From Paraspadella gotoi (Eukaryota; Animalia; Chaetognatha), in NCBI GenBank assembly GCA_051294375.1, contig CM119263.1:10810703-10874702 (forward strand): a stretch of DNA of 64,000 nucleotides, given 5' to 3'. The notes under the pieces were generated by a model. That model had not been told where the DNA came from. It was given only the letters and a program-made list of their open reading frames with translations, and did no database searches. Positions 1 to 14,179 of this stretch are shown here, piece by piece. The translations under genes were made by a program, and so were the position numbers. Each line of letters starts with the position of its first letter. Positions within the stretch are counted from its first letter, which is position 1.

Positions 1-1555
1 GATTTTTTTGAAAATTTCATTCTCAAATGGGAACAGAACCAATAAAAAATAATTAGCCGTCTGCATCTCGGGGTCGCATATTTTTTCATGTCTTTGCGAA
101 TTTAGCCGACGTTGGATTTAAAAATTCGAAAAGTATCCGCAAATTTGCTCAATTAAGTTATTTGAAAAGGGAGACTCGGAGCCACAGTCGAATAAAATTT
201 TACAAGGGGAATCACACGCGGGAGGGAGGAAGGAGCTTTTGGGAGAGCAGCCGGGTACCCAAGGCAACGGTCCGACTCAGAAACCGCTTCGTCAGCCTTC
301 GGGATTAACCGCGAGACAAACACGAGACGCGGGTGCTGGGGTCTGGCAGCGTCAATGCCAATCGCAACGTCAATGGCGACGCCACCTTCGACGCCCGAGA
401 AAGGCGGGAAATGAGAAATCACCCTCGCAACGGCGTACAATGGCGGGAAAGGGACGGCGGAAACGAGGAAACGATAACATCCGGGCTTTAGGAAAATGGG
501 GGAGCGGGAACGAGGTGAAATAAGCGGCCTGGGAAACGGTGATTTTTTTTTCTTTTTTTCTTTAGAGAAATGGAGAAATTGGCAGGATTACTTTTTGCCT
601 GTCGTGACTGCAGATGGGATAGTAACGAAAAAATGTTATTATTATAGAATAAAAAATCAAATAATAATTTAAATTGAAGGAAAAATTTCAGAAATAAAAC
701 CTGATGAAAATAACTAAAGGGCTAAAACTATTAAGATTTTTTCCTAGTGACTATGTGCCTGGGCTAACACTTATCATTGCTGCTATAGATATAGAAATTT
801 ATATAGAAAATAACAGGAGTTTAAAAAAAAAAGATAGAGAAAACAAATCATAGCAAGCTTATAGGGAAAAAGTAAAGAAAAATAAAGAAAACAAAACAAA
901 ACAAAACACATAATAAAAAGAAAAGAAAGTAAAAAAGAAGCGTAGGAAGGCGCCGCTTTTGGGTTGGAGTCTTCGTTAACGAGCGCGATGGAGCTCAGGG
1001 AATCGGAACAATTGTTTGATGGAGAAACTTCGGCGTCGTTCGTTTCCCTTTCAACGCCGACGCGCCTCCCTTCGCCCCCCGTCCCCCCGACGGCGCCTCT
1101 TTCACGATGCGGCGTCGCTGGGAGCTTCCGCGAGCGAGTCCGATCGTGGGCGTGGATATACTTCGGCGCATCGGCTCTCAATCGAGGAATACGCTCATAG
1201 TAAGTATGGCTCTCTCTGATTCTCTTTGTCTCTCTTGAGGAAGGAACTAGAAAACGATTGCAGTACACTCAATGAAATAACAACAACAATGGCGCCCCCT
1301 TTTGTCGACGCCCCCGCTTTTCTTCTTCGTTTGCGTTACAAATTGTTTGCCTGGCGTCATCAGTCTATTCCATTACCGCGGCTTCTCTCGTCAGCCCAGA
1401 CCTCGACGAAGACCACCTCATCTCAACCAAGGCGTCGACCACCCAAGTTACGGTGGGTTGACAAACACCTCAGCGTCCATGATACAATTGAACATTTCCA
1501 ATCTCTTTGTCGAGACCACAATATTCTATTCCTCATTCGAGTTTTTCGATCAGTT

Positions 1556-2320
1556 TCTCGCTAACCGCTTCTCTATCTTCTTGCTAACCGCTTCTCTATC
1601 TTCTTGCTAACCGCTTCTCTATCTTCTTGCTCACCGCTTCCCTATCTTCTTGCTAACTGCTTCTCTATCTTCTTGTTAACCGCTTCTTTATCTTCTTGTT
1701 AAACTGCTTCTCTTATCTTCTGCTTACCGCCTTCTCTACTTCTTGTTAACCGCTTCTCTATCTTCTTGCTAACCGCTTCTCTATTTCTTGCTTACCGCTT
1801 CCCTATCTCCTTGCTAACTGCTTCTCTATCTTCTTGTTAACCGCTTCTTTATCTTCTTGTCTAACTCTTCTCTATCTTCTATCTCACCGCTTCTCTATCT
1901 TCTTGCCTCAACCGCTTCTCTATCTTCTTGCTTAACCGCTTCCTATCTCCTTGCTAACCGCTTCTCTATTTCTGTTAAACCGCTCTCTATCTTCTTTACC
2001 TTCGTCTCCTATCTTCTTGCCTCACCGCTTCTCATCCTTCTGTTAACCGCTTCTCATATCTTTCTTGCCTCACCGCTTCTTTCTATCTCTTGATTCACCG
2101 CTTCCCATATTCCTTGCTAACCGCTTTCTCTATCTTCTTTTAACCGCTTCTCATATCTTCTTGTTAAACTGCTTCGCTAACTTCTTGCTCACCGACTTCT
2201 AATCTTCTTGCTAAACCGCTTTTCTATCTTCTTGTTAACCGCTTCTCTATCTTCTTGTTAACCGCTTCTCTATCTTCTTAACCGCTTCTCTATCTTCTTG
2301 CTAACCCCTTCCCTATCTCC
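1556..2320 (+). repeat. 23-bp minisatellite (CTAACCGCTTCTCTATCTTCTTG)n, roughly 33 units
   Basis: Head-to-tail units with no spacers. Confidence 0.9.
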
Positions 2321-2850
2321 TTTCCCTCCACGTGTCCACCCCGACGTCACTGGCTTCCCACTTTCACCGCAAAGACTCGGAGCATCACCGGTCGCCGCGA
2401 CTACGACTAATTGATCCACAAACAATGAGCCACCAACTTCAATGGCTCCTTTTCAAATTCTAATGTTATAACAATTTTCTCATGCTGATGTTCTATTTAA
2501 ATCTCGCATTTGCAAGCAATTGGTAAACTTTTTTTTTTAAATGTTACGTTTCAGTGATTGTATTTTGTAATTGAATTCTCAGTGAATATTTTATTATCCA
2601 GTGTCCACTGTCCTTACCAATCAGAACCAGGTCACCTCTCCAAATCAACGACAGGTTCAACCACCTATCAAACCAGGGCCAGGTCGCGCCCCCGATACAA
2701 TCAACTCCGGTTCCACCCACAATCCAATCAACCACAAGTCCAGTCGCTTTGTCTCGTAAATGGTTTTCCAAGCTTCGACTGATGCCTCGACCTCCATTGG
2801 CTGCTCAAACAGAAGCCACACCTACGGGAAACTAACGGTTTACCGCTCTT

Positions 2851-2952
<102 letters not shown>

Positions 2953-5900
2953 CAATGACTATGGATTTTCTTTTCCCTTTTGACGCATTGATAATTCTCT
3001 GGTCAACTAAAAAGCTTCTCGGTTGAGAGGCGATTGTCCCACGAAAATCCCCGAAGCGATTTCCTCGCTCGACCTCATCCCTCTTCTCCTTTCGTCACAC
3101 TGCCGGAACATAGATGACCCCTTCCTTTCGGCACAGTTATCTGAGAGGCGGGATTGCACAAAGCGGGCATTCTTTGGTAATCGATGGACATTTTTCATAA
3201 TACTACACTATTATTATGATTATCTTACTATTATTTTATTATATGGAAATCGTATTAAATTGTAATAAGGATTTTTTTTTCTTCAAATTATTGCATATAG
3301 TTAAGTCGTACCCTTTCTTAACTGTTAACTAGTAATTTTCTTTCTTTTATTAGTTATTTTGCTTTGACGTGAAACACGTTTCGACGAGATTCAATTACCC
3401 TTCCTCTTTTCATGAATCAACCTCTATACCCTAATTTTCTTATTCCATCGACAGATCTTCCTTCGCAATCAATCCTACCTCATGTTATCCACCCCCGCAC
3501 GTTCTCCACTCCACTCCACACCACTCCACTCCCTGGAATCCTCGAACCACCACCTTCTCGATTCTCTCACCCCATATTTTCTCGCGCTGTCGACGTTTTT
3601 CAACTCGAATTCCACCAGGAGAACGAAGTCGGTTCTTCGTCGCGTCAGAGAAGAGAAGAGAGAGAGAGAGAGAGAGAGACAGAGACAGACCGCAAATCGA
3701 GGGTGAGAAATATTTTCCTCATTTGTTTTAGAGAAAGAAAACATTTTTTATTTTAATCTTCGATCTAAAAAAAAAAAAAAAAAAAAAAACTGAAGAAAGA
3801 AAAAACCATAACGGGAAACAGAAACACTTTAGTTTCGAAAATCAAAAACAAAGCAAGAGAGAAATTAGATTGAGAAAAACAGAAACAAAGGGGAAAAAAA
3901 GGGAATGAAAATCGGGTGAAATTCTGCGCGAAGTGGAGAAGGGTGGGAAAGATTGGGGGGGGGGTTTCTGGCTGGGAAGGGGGGGGGGANNNNNNNNNNN
4001 NNNNNNNNNNNNNNNNNNNNNNNNNNNNNNNNNNNNNNNNNNNNNNNNNNNNNNNNNNNNNNNNNNNNNNNNNNNNNNNNNNNNNNNNNNNNNNNNNNNN
4101 NNNNNNNNNNNNNNNNNNNNNNNNNNATGAACGATGCGAGCGTCTCTCTTCTTCCTCTTCCCCACGTATGTGCGGAGGAGAGACAGAGAAGAGAGAGTCA
4201 AGTCCAGAGTCTAAACTTGGGTCCTTTCGTTTCGTTTCTGCTTAAAAGAGAGAGAAGGAACGAAGGTTAACGATACTGAGGAGCCCAAAAGGAGGAAAGG
4301 AAAGAGAAAAAAAAAGGAAATTGAGAAAGAAAAAAGGAATGACAAAAAAATATGGGCACATGGAGAAGGCAAAGAGGTGATGGTATTAGTGCATCATATT
4401 TTGATAATTATTGGAAACTATTTACTGTAGTACTCTCTGCATCTTAACACCAAGACATTAAAGGCTTTTTATAAAGCATATGAATACCTGTGAGACATCA
4501 CTAACTCTCAGCTCATTTAAAGACTACTAAATAGGGAGTCGCCGGATAAATAGTTAATGAATAAAATCTACTGTTCATGTAAACACGAGGTCAACGTGTA
4601 AATCATTGGTCGTATCTACCGTCTACGGCGGTACATCGAAGTCCCACGTTGATACTCACACCGAGATTTACGTTATAATTCCCGAAAAATTAAAACTCCA
4701 ATGCAGATCGATCAGAACTTTCCTCCTTATTTTCCTTTTCTTTTTTGTCGCTTTTTTCTTTTTTCTTTTTATTGTCTTTTCAACCGCCATTAATCGGTTA
4801 ATTATTATAACGCTCGCCTTGTTCTTTTAAAAATAATTTTCAGCCATCCGCCACATTTACGTTATGTACTTAGTGCTTACTGTTTAACTTCTGGACTTAA
4901 TCGTTATACGAGCCCTCGAAAAAAATTATGAGCGTCATTTTTGTCATCAAATTTTAATCGTTTAAAGATTTTAAGCGTGTCATTCCATTAGCATTTTTTA
5001 CTGGCAAATTGTTAAAGCTCATTTTTTTTTTCTCCCCTTTTTAGCGGAACAGAGTTACGCGCCCGGAACGCGTCGTGAATGCAAGATTTTAATAAATTTT
5101 ATTTCCTTCTTCCTTTTCAGAATTTAAAAAAAAAGTCCTGGACTCATAAATTTTTTTTAAAATCCGAAAAAACCTCCGCATAAAAACCACGGAAAGTCAT
5201 CCACGAAAAATACAACAAAATTCATGAACATTATTTAAAGTAACAAACTTATTTTAAAATTTCCGAAATAACAGAAAAAATAAAAGAAAAAAAAAAATAG
5301 AAAGGTTCCTGCTTGTTATTGTCGTACGTTCTTTTTCATTTTGTCTTCACTCAAAAAACCAAAAAACAAACAAAACAATTATTTCACCGCTTCTCTTCGT
5401 TCGTCATCTTAATCCAAAGTTTTTCAGATATTCTCCAAATCTCAAATCTCAAAATAATCACAAAGACAAAGATATACTAAAAAAACGCACAGTAAACATA
5501 AAAAATGAATAAACGATAATTGCTTGCTGCAACCACCCCCCCCCTTCTCGCCGCATTCCGCATCGGTGGTTCCTTCATTCATGAAAAAAAGAAAGTCACT
5601 TTTTGCTGCTCGTTCCGCAAAAAGACCAAAGGGGAAACAACTGGAAAGTGAAAGACAACCACCGTAGGACGCACAAGACTGCGCGTAAAGCGTGACGAGG
5701 TCGCGACCCCGAGCAGCCGTGACGATTCTTAGAACGTCGTCGTCGTCGTCGTCCGTCGTCGTCGTCTTTTCATCTCGGAATTTCCATCGTCCATCAAAAC
5801 AGTCAACTTCTTTCAGTCATTTTGTTCTCGTATCAACCTCGTCGCAATCGTATCAGACCTCACCCCTGACGTCAATGTCACCCTCGTAATCGAGTCAACC

Positions 5901-6795
5901 CTACATCCTGAGTCTACGTCATCCTAATCATCGAGTCAGCCGCAACTGCCGACGTCGACGTCATCTCTAAGTAACTCGTCAACCCCTCCCTCCGAACTAG
6001 ACGTCTCTCGTCGTCATCTCCTTATCCTCTTAATCCATTCTCACCAAGTTTTTTTCTTCACCGACTGATGTCTCTCTCTACTCTCTCCTCTCTCACTTTC
6101 TCTTTTCTTGTTTTTCTTTATCCTCCTTCCCTTCTCGCCCGCATTGACATTAACTTAATCATCCGACTCAAATTATTAACAAGTTAAAACTTTTTTTCCC
6201 TTCTCGCTCTCGTCCTTTTCAACTCTCCCCTTAATGGTAAGCATTTGCAAATTAGCGGGCAACGAGACCGTGCCTCGCCGCCATCGCCGCCATCCCCATT
6301 CCTTTTCCTCTCGGGAGTAGTTAATCCCCGATCGACAAAAAAAAAAAAAAAAGACATCTTTTTTTTTTCTCATCGAAAATAAAAGTCGTTTAATCGTCGC
6401 TCATACTGCGAATTAAAACCGCTCCACGACATAATCGAAATCCGTTTCGGAACTAAATTAAAAGGGATGTGACAGTTCAATCGAATGAAATCTTTTCGGG
6501 CCAAAAGGATCCCACTTCGCCACCCAACCGTCACTTCCCCCAACCCGGCTTTAAATCGAAACCCAATTTCCCTGTTTCCGCTTCAGCCTAAGATTTCCCC
6601 TAACCCTTAACTCCACGTAACCAGCATCAAGTTCAAATCTTAGGTCTTTTTTTTTCTTGTCTCGGAATTTTTCATTCAGATTTAACCCATCGTCGGAATC
6701 GTTTTCCATTTCGCTCCTGCTCTTGTCTTTCTAGTCCTAGGCCAAAAGCTCAGCCCGGCCATACCACCTCAGCGACCTACATTCTTAACTCGAAA

Positions 6796-9430
6796 ATGTC
6801 TCTTTTCGCCAGCACCCGTTTCTCTTTTACGACGTCCGCGGCGCTACTTTCCTACTGCTTGGCTGTGGCGTCTCTATCTGCCAAGGCAGCGTCGACGCCA
6901 GGCGCCGAAATGGGCGCCATCAACATGTCTCTTCAACAGTTCAAGAACGCCCGCGGTTCGTCGTCCGGTGCAACACTACACCGAGACCATGCGTCGGTCA
7001 CCGTCTCTCTCGTGCTACAGCACATCTTTGATCTGCGAGGAAAGCATCAACTCTTGAGTCGACCTCTCTACCAATTACTGGAGGCGAGGAGACGGCGAGG
7101 GAATTAGGGGGGGCGGTGCGGTGGTTACGTCACAATGCTGTGGAAAAGGAAAAGGGTTCTCCTTAAACACACCACACACCCAACCTAATCGAAAAAAAAG
7201 TATCAGGGCGCGTGACTACAGCAATTTCGCCTGGGCACTTTACTCATTTCAGTCTCTCTCTTCTCTCTCTCGTCCTCTCTCTCTCTCTTCTCTCATCTTC
7301 TTCTCTCGTCTCTCTACTCGTCTCTCTCTTGCTCTCTCTCTCTCTCTCTCTTCTCTCTCTTCTTCTTTACCGTCATTTATCAAACTTGCTGCGCCTCAAA
7401 GTTTTCCCTTTGAAGGTATTAAGATAACTTTTTTTCCACAAACCTCGGCTGGAAAGCCTGTTTGACAAAGTGTCAACACTACCGTCAGGCGCTAATCAAA
7501 AAAAGGAAAGAGGGTTTTTTTCGCGAGGAAAAGTAATTTATCCTTGATCATAAACTTCCGTCCTTCCTATCGGATAATTAGCCGGACGAGATGATGAGTG
7601 TCTTGACTTCGCTCAACCTTCGTCCGCCCCCTCCCCCTCACTTCAGGACGCCTTCCTCACCTGGAACGCCGATGCAGTTACGACGGCATCAATCAAGCGA
7701 ACATGCCGGTCGTCGAAGATGTGGCGAACACCGACGTGGTGCTCCTAACACCGCGGGACAGATGCTCAACTCAGCAAAAAAGTGACTTTTTACGCGAACG
7801 TCCGAACACTATGAATGCGATAGCATAAATGTGTAGAATACCTACTGTTCTGGCTTATGATAAAAATTGTGACCTTATATTCAATATGATCATACAGGCG
7901 TATCTACTGGGCCCACGTTCCATCACGCACAAGCATATGCGAGGTAAGGGGTCACGCGATTCGCAGGGAATTAAATTGAACTCGAGCATTCGCGCAATGG
8001 CTTCCAAAAACTCCCTCCAATTCTGCGCTAAGGTGGGAGATCACGACTACTTTCCGTTGCGACGAGCAACAGTGTAAACTCCACTTTGGGACGTGGAATG
8101 CACGACGAGACGGAGATCGACCTCCAACTGCGCCATAAATTCACGAGACTTAGCCTTCGTCACCAACACCGTGGAAGATCCTCTCCACCTCCGCCAAGCG
8201 CATCAAAACAGTAAAGTATCCTTGTTGCGAGCACCCCTTCTCCCAGCTGCAGCTACACCATGACCGCTTTCAAGCGAAGGCCCGGTGCTGCAGATCTTTC
8301 AGATCGTCCATGCCCTGCATGCTGCTCTACTCCCTGAACAAATCGACGTCTTCTGGCTGCCGCAGGATCTCACGGGAAGGCCTCGTTGCAACCACGAATA
8401 TTCTTGCCACTGCGTCCAACTTCTCGTCGTTGGCCTGACTCAACGCCTCCGTCGGCCAGATCGTCCACATCGGTGAGGAAGATGGGGCGATGGACGTTGA
8501 ATGGATTTTGTTATGGTTAATAGTTATGGTTAAGGTTAATAGTTTATTAGTTTATAACTTTTAGGGAAGTGGGAAAATTGTTTTCTATCATTTTTGTATT
8601 TTGAAATTAAAATCGCTGCACTTTTAATATTTGAACTCTTTGAACTTTCTTATTTCATATTGTATAAGGCCGTTATCAAAGGTTTCGATTGTGTTTTCGG
8701 TAGTTTTTTCTCTTCGGCCCCTCAGATTAAACTCTGTCCTTTCTCTCTATCTTCAGGGCATCTACTACGGCATGACTCGTGCCTCTCCGCGTGTGCTGTC
8801 ATGTCTGTCCGTTCTCCGCGCTGCACGCTCGCTATCAGGGGAACGACGAAGCAGCCGATCCCCGCCTGGCCTCCGCCTCATGACTGCGCCACTTTGCACG
8901 GCGCAGTTGGGTTATAAGGAAGACGGCGAATCGGTATCGCTTGGCCCGAATCCACGAAGGACTTGAGGACTCACCTTTCTCCAGTCCGTCGACGAGTCCG
9001 ACGCCTCGTCGATTCCAACTCAATACTGCTCCGCTGCATCGTAAACTCTCGTCAGACTGCGCAGTCCGCAGCCGCCGCTGCCGCCGCCCGGCCGGCGACG
9101 GCCACTGCCAACGCGATACTACTTCCGTCCAGCAACCAGCAGCCGCAGACTAAAACATGCCGGTGTCCACAACCGTTTCCCTCAACAGCACGCAGCAATC
9201 ACCCGTAATGCCAACTCCGATCCTGGGCAACATGGACAGCGCATCGAAAAGATCGAGGGCAATCAATGAAGCGGAAAGTGTTGGAGGAGGAGTGGCGGAG
9301 CAGCGCGGCGGGAGGAAGGAGGCGGCTGAGGTGGAGTGGTCCCTCATCGCGCAGCTCATTGACAAGATTTGCTTCATCGTTTACATCTGCATCTATCTTT
9401 GTCTTCCGCTTAATATTGCTCAAAATTTAG
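6796..9430 (+). pseudogene. Second, frameshift-riddled copy of the nAChR-like gene (most likely a low-quality duplicate assembly of the same locus)
   Basis: Reverse-complement match to 46650-49034 including introns and flanks; motif fragments survive (VTVSLVLQHIFDL, YFP, aagtatccttgttgcgag = KYPCCE, EWSLIAQLIDKICFIVY); many 1-nt indels. Confidence 0.85.
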
Positions 9431-12400
9431 ACGACAGTCACAGCCGTCCTGAGGGCGGCCGTGGCGGCCGTTGCGTCGTTGTCATGCCGCCGTGTCGCCG
9501 CTGCCATCTCGTCGAACGTGAAAATGAAATGGCCTATCACGCGACGTGGAAATAGTGACTCGTTTAAATTTTTTTTTTCTTCCGAAGAGGCGTTTGTCCG
9601 AGATAGTTAAAACGATATTCTCGATGAAAGACCTTTAATGTTGCACTCATTTTTTTTGTCGAATAACTAGTATTTTTATATGAAACCAAAAGTCTTTTCT
9701 CTTTTCGACAAATCGAAAGATATTCGTAAGAGCTTCATAGGCTGTCGTTAATTCTTCGACTGCCTTGTGTTAAGTTTTAAAGGGTACCATTTGCCTGTCC
9801 TTTCTCTAGTTTTCCTGTCCAGTTTGGAACATTTTTCAGGCAATTGAACGAATTTTTAAAAATCCCAAAGCAGTATTTGGCAAATTTTAACTTAAGAAAA
9901 ACTATGTTCATTAATAATAAACTCAGAGGAGTTTGCGTTTAACGGAATATAGTGACTTCCCAAGGATTACAATGCCAGTAATAAAGAGTTTTATTTTTTA
10001 ACTTTTTTAAAACGTTACATAGATGAAGTGTTCATTTAAATAATTAAAATTAGTCGGTACGTTACAAGACGTTCCTCCTTTCTGGACTAAAGTTAAAAAA
10101 CTACATTAAAAATTTTCAATGCACGTGCTATATTATAGAAACAGGATACAAATAGAAATGTTTTGTTAAGAAATTAGCTAAAGCATTGACAGTTTGTCAA
10201 ATACGTTTATGCATGAAAAACTCCTAAATAGAAATATTAAACCATTCTGGATCTTGGAATTTATAAGAAAAGCCTTTAAAACTACGAATTGCTCATTCAA
10301 GTGAGACTTATATTTTTCTATTTGATTTTGAGAACCCGTAAAATTTGAGACCATTATATCTAAAACACGCACAAAGTAGGATATCATAAAAATTAATAGC
10401 GACAATCACCAAAATCGACATCTTAACTTACACATTCCAGAGCCAGACAGCACCCTCCCTTAATTACGCGCATATCAAAAATAAATAATTTGCATTTACC
10501 AAGTATTATTATTATCGGAATTATCCGAACAGATAATGAAATAATTTATTTTTTGTTTCCGTAATTGTAAGTTATGTACGAATGAGGATTGTTCAAAACG
10601 TTACCGTTTTTTTCCGCTGTTGTATAAAAAAAAGAGATCCTTGTTACCTCTCATTATTATTTTACGTTCACATATTTTGAAGCGGGGATTCAGGAAATTG
10701 CTGCGCATGAAAGAGACTGAACAACAATTAATGTTATAGAACTGCAATATACGGCCAAAACGTTATTTTTTTTTAAAAAACCGAAATATAGACCTTAAAT
10801 ACTCTTTAAACGAATTTTAATCGTCGCTATATAAAAATGGCTGTGTCAATTTCATCTTTTCATTGCGTCGCGGGCGAAAATGTCAGTTGTATAAATTACA
10901 GAATATTCATTTTACTTAACCGTTTAACGCCCATACAATAATACTTAATCATTACTGATTACCGCTTACAATCGAACTGTTGTACGAATGAAAAAGAACT
11001 TTTTATTCCTAATTTATCAAATATCCTGAAGGCTGTATGTCATTTAAGATTAGGCGTGTCCCGCCCACCACTAAAATATTCAATTTTTTTTTGGGCGTTT
11101 TGTAGAGAGAAAAATGAAAAAAGTTAGGATAACAATTGACCTTTCTTTCTTTTGTCAGAGAGAGAGAAAAAAGGCGACGATGCCTGAGTTCTCCCCGCCA
11201 CCCTCTGCCCCGTCCAACACAACCAAGGCGTCAGAAGAAAAATCATTGTCATCAAGCAAATATAAATGACAAAACCTAAAAATTAAAGTAAACAGTTAAA
11301 AAAAAAAAACAGAACAAAAGCAAAAGTACTTGTCAGACAATCGTCGACGAAAAAATTATTACGGTTACGTCGTCCCACGTGACGTCTCACGTTTAATCTT
11401 TTTTAACTACGATAATAATACAAATCAACAATTTAAAAAGTTATAAGCTGGAAAAACAAAAATATGTCAACAACGCCGTTTCGTTTCTTCTCTCTTTATC
11501 TATTTTCCCTTTCTTCTTCTGCTTGAATTCCAATAATCTTTCCTTGACCATTGCTCTGACGCCATATCAAAAAAAAAAAAGCTAAAAGAATAAAATAAAA
11601 AATATTCCAGACGGAGGTAAACAGAAACAATGCTAGTAGAGGGACGCGGGTCGAGTGACGTCGACTGTCTTGACGCGCGACGTCGCCCGTCACCTTCGGC
11701 GTCACAACAGCTTCGAATCAACTTTTTACTTTAAACGCTCCATCCTGCGGATTTTTTTTTCCTGTTAGTTTAGTTCCGCGTTATTAAAAAAAAAAGAGGA
11801 GGTGATGAAAACCTCTCCTTATTTATTCTTCGTTTCGCGAAACGAAACGAAACGAAAACCGAACCAAAATAAAACCATTTATTCCGCTTTTTGTTCTCTA
11901 TATTTTATCGTTCTGTTTGTAAATATTATCAGCAACCAATACGAAGTAAGAAAGAAAAAAGAAAACAAGTTTCTTCGAAACGACAAAAACAACAACAGAC
12001 AAAAAAAACTCCGCCAAGAAATTACAACAACAACAAAAAACAACTCCAAACAAAAGTACAACAACAGCAAATTTAACAACAAAACGAATTTAAAAAAAAA
12101 ACAAAAAAACAAAACAAAACAAAAAATCGAACTCATTCTCTTCTTCGGCATGACGTCGTCTTCCGCATCTTCACTCTCGTCTGCGTCACCGTCATCACTT
12201 CGGTCACCACCCGTCACCGTCATCGCTCCACGCGTTATCGTCATGAGGAGCGTCGACACCACCCGTCGTCGCCTCCGTTTTGGAACGGCTTCGCGTTGGA
12301 CAACCTCAAGACGATACGAAACAGAAAAAAACCACAAAAACAAATACAAAGGCGACGACGACGACGACGACGACGCGTTTGTCCGTCGACGCGCCGATGA

Positions 12401-14179
12401 CGTTGCGAAGCCGTCGACGAAGGATCTTCGTCGAACTATTCCCCTCTTTTCGGAGCGAGGTCATCTCTTCTCCGCATCATCCTCATGCCTTCGGCACACC
12501 CTCGCCTTGATTTCCGACGACAGACGACGACGACCGGCGGTCGCCGTCGCCGCTCCGCGACATCAACGGGCAGCAGCAGCAGCAGCGACGGAACGCGCGG
12601 CATCCGCAGCTTCTCCTCCATCATCATCCTCATCGTCAATCGGCGGAGGATGTCGCGACGAGAACGACCACTGCCCCACGACGACGACGGCGGCGACGAA
12701 GCCTCCTCCGTCGACCCGCCCCTTCTCCCCTCCTCCTCCTCCTCCTCCTCACTCCTCAAACTCCTAACGCTCCTGTCCTCAGTCTCCTCAGTCTCCTCAG
12801 TCTCCTCACGCCATCTGACACCTTACCTGCTGCCGTCACTCCCAAACGGCGAAGCAACACCCGACATCCTGGATTTTCCTTTTGGTTTTTCTTCGTCTCT
12901 TCTGTCAGCCTCGTTTTGTTCTTAGTAAGTATCTCGGATTTCTGTGAGAGCGTCGGGATGAAGGGGGGGGGGAAGAAGAAAGAAAAATTGTGAAACTAAT
13001 CAATCATTTCCAAGCAATTCGATTCTATTCTGCCGGCTCCAATCATGTTGGCAAGCAAATTAATTAATGAGAAATGAATTTTCAAATTTTGAATATTTTT
13101 TTTTAAAGTGAATACAAATAAAATTTTGAAACTGGATTATTAATTAAATATTATCTATAAATGTTGGTAAATTTTGTATATTTTTCTTGACTTGGTTTGG
13201 CGAATGAGTTCGACTGCGGAAAGAGAGAGAGATCTTCTAGTTTTATAGTTGCATAGCGAAGATGTAAGATTTGTTTTTTTTGCCATGAAAAGATCATAAA
13301 GAAAAATAAATTTTCAAAAACGAAGTTTAAATATGTCTATCTATGAAAGCAATACATCACGAAGAAGTTGGCTCTATTACCATGCCCGGGAACACACATT
13401 TTAAAATCACAAAGTTTTTTCGTTCTAAAAAGGCTAAAGTGCTTTCGACGTCGTAACTCAATTAAAAAGTGCTTCCAAAGCGGGAGAAAAAGATGGGAAA
13501 AAATTTGAAATTGAGGCGTCAAAGTTGCAACCATCTTTGTTTTTCTTAGACGTACCTTTTTTTTTGTATTTCTTTGTCTCGGTTAAAGGTAAGACTGAAA
13601 CAATTTTTATTCAAGGTCAATTTTTTTTTTCTTTTTTTTTACATTTTAGTCCTTCGTGTTCTGTCCGTCTCTTTTTCTATTTTGAACTTCTTTTCTCACT
13701 TTTCGTTATCCTTTTTTTTCCTTTTATTTCTCCATTCCTTCATTTCTTTCTTTTAATCTTTTTTCTTCCCTCTTCCTCATACACTCTGACATATTTTCGC
13801 GTATGGTCGAATTAATCGGTAATCGATTACTCTCTTCTCCCTCTCTCTCTCTCGTTCTCTCTCTCTCTCTCTCTGCTCCTCTCCTCCTCCTCTCTCTCTC
13901 TCTCTTCTCTCTTTCCCGTCCCGACTTAATGATGCTCATCTCTTTCGGACATTTTTTCCATTTTTTTATATTTTGTCTAATATTTCAATTAAATTTTTTT
14001 AGATTAAATTTTCTTTGAAGCTTTTGATATCTCCTGGAGGCTGAGTTCGCTTGTTTAGAATGCCGACGGGAATTAGGTCCGAAATCCTTTATGCAACGTG
14101 ATGCCAGAGACGCCGCAGACTCCATGACCAATAAAAAAGAAATCATTCACGATCACCAAGTTAGCTATTTCTTTCTGTT

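Noticed and set aside
153-1560. GC-rich islands (also ~18430-19830 and ~29820-31250) as identifiable coding exons
   Set aside because: Exon-like in composition, but no consistent frame or recognisable motif could be derived from the three noisy copies.
1556-2320. CRISPR-like array of 23-bp repeats
   Set aside because: Units are head-to-tail with no unique spacers, there are no cas genes, and the context is eukaryotic; it is a minisatellite.
11802-12767. 321-aa plus-strand ORF
   Set aside because: Low-complexity A-rich and trinucleotide-repeat sequence; the frame is not preserved in the other two copies (37140-38167, 43009-43954).
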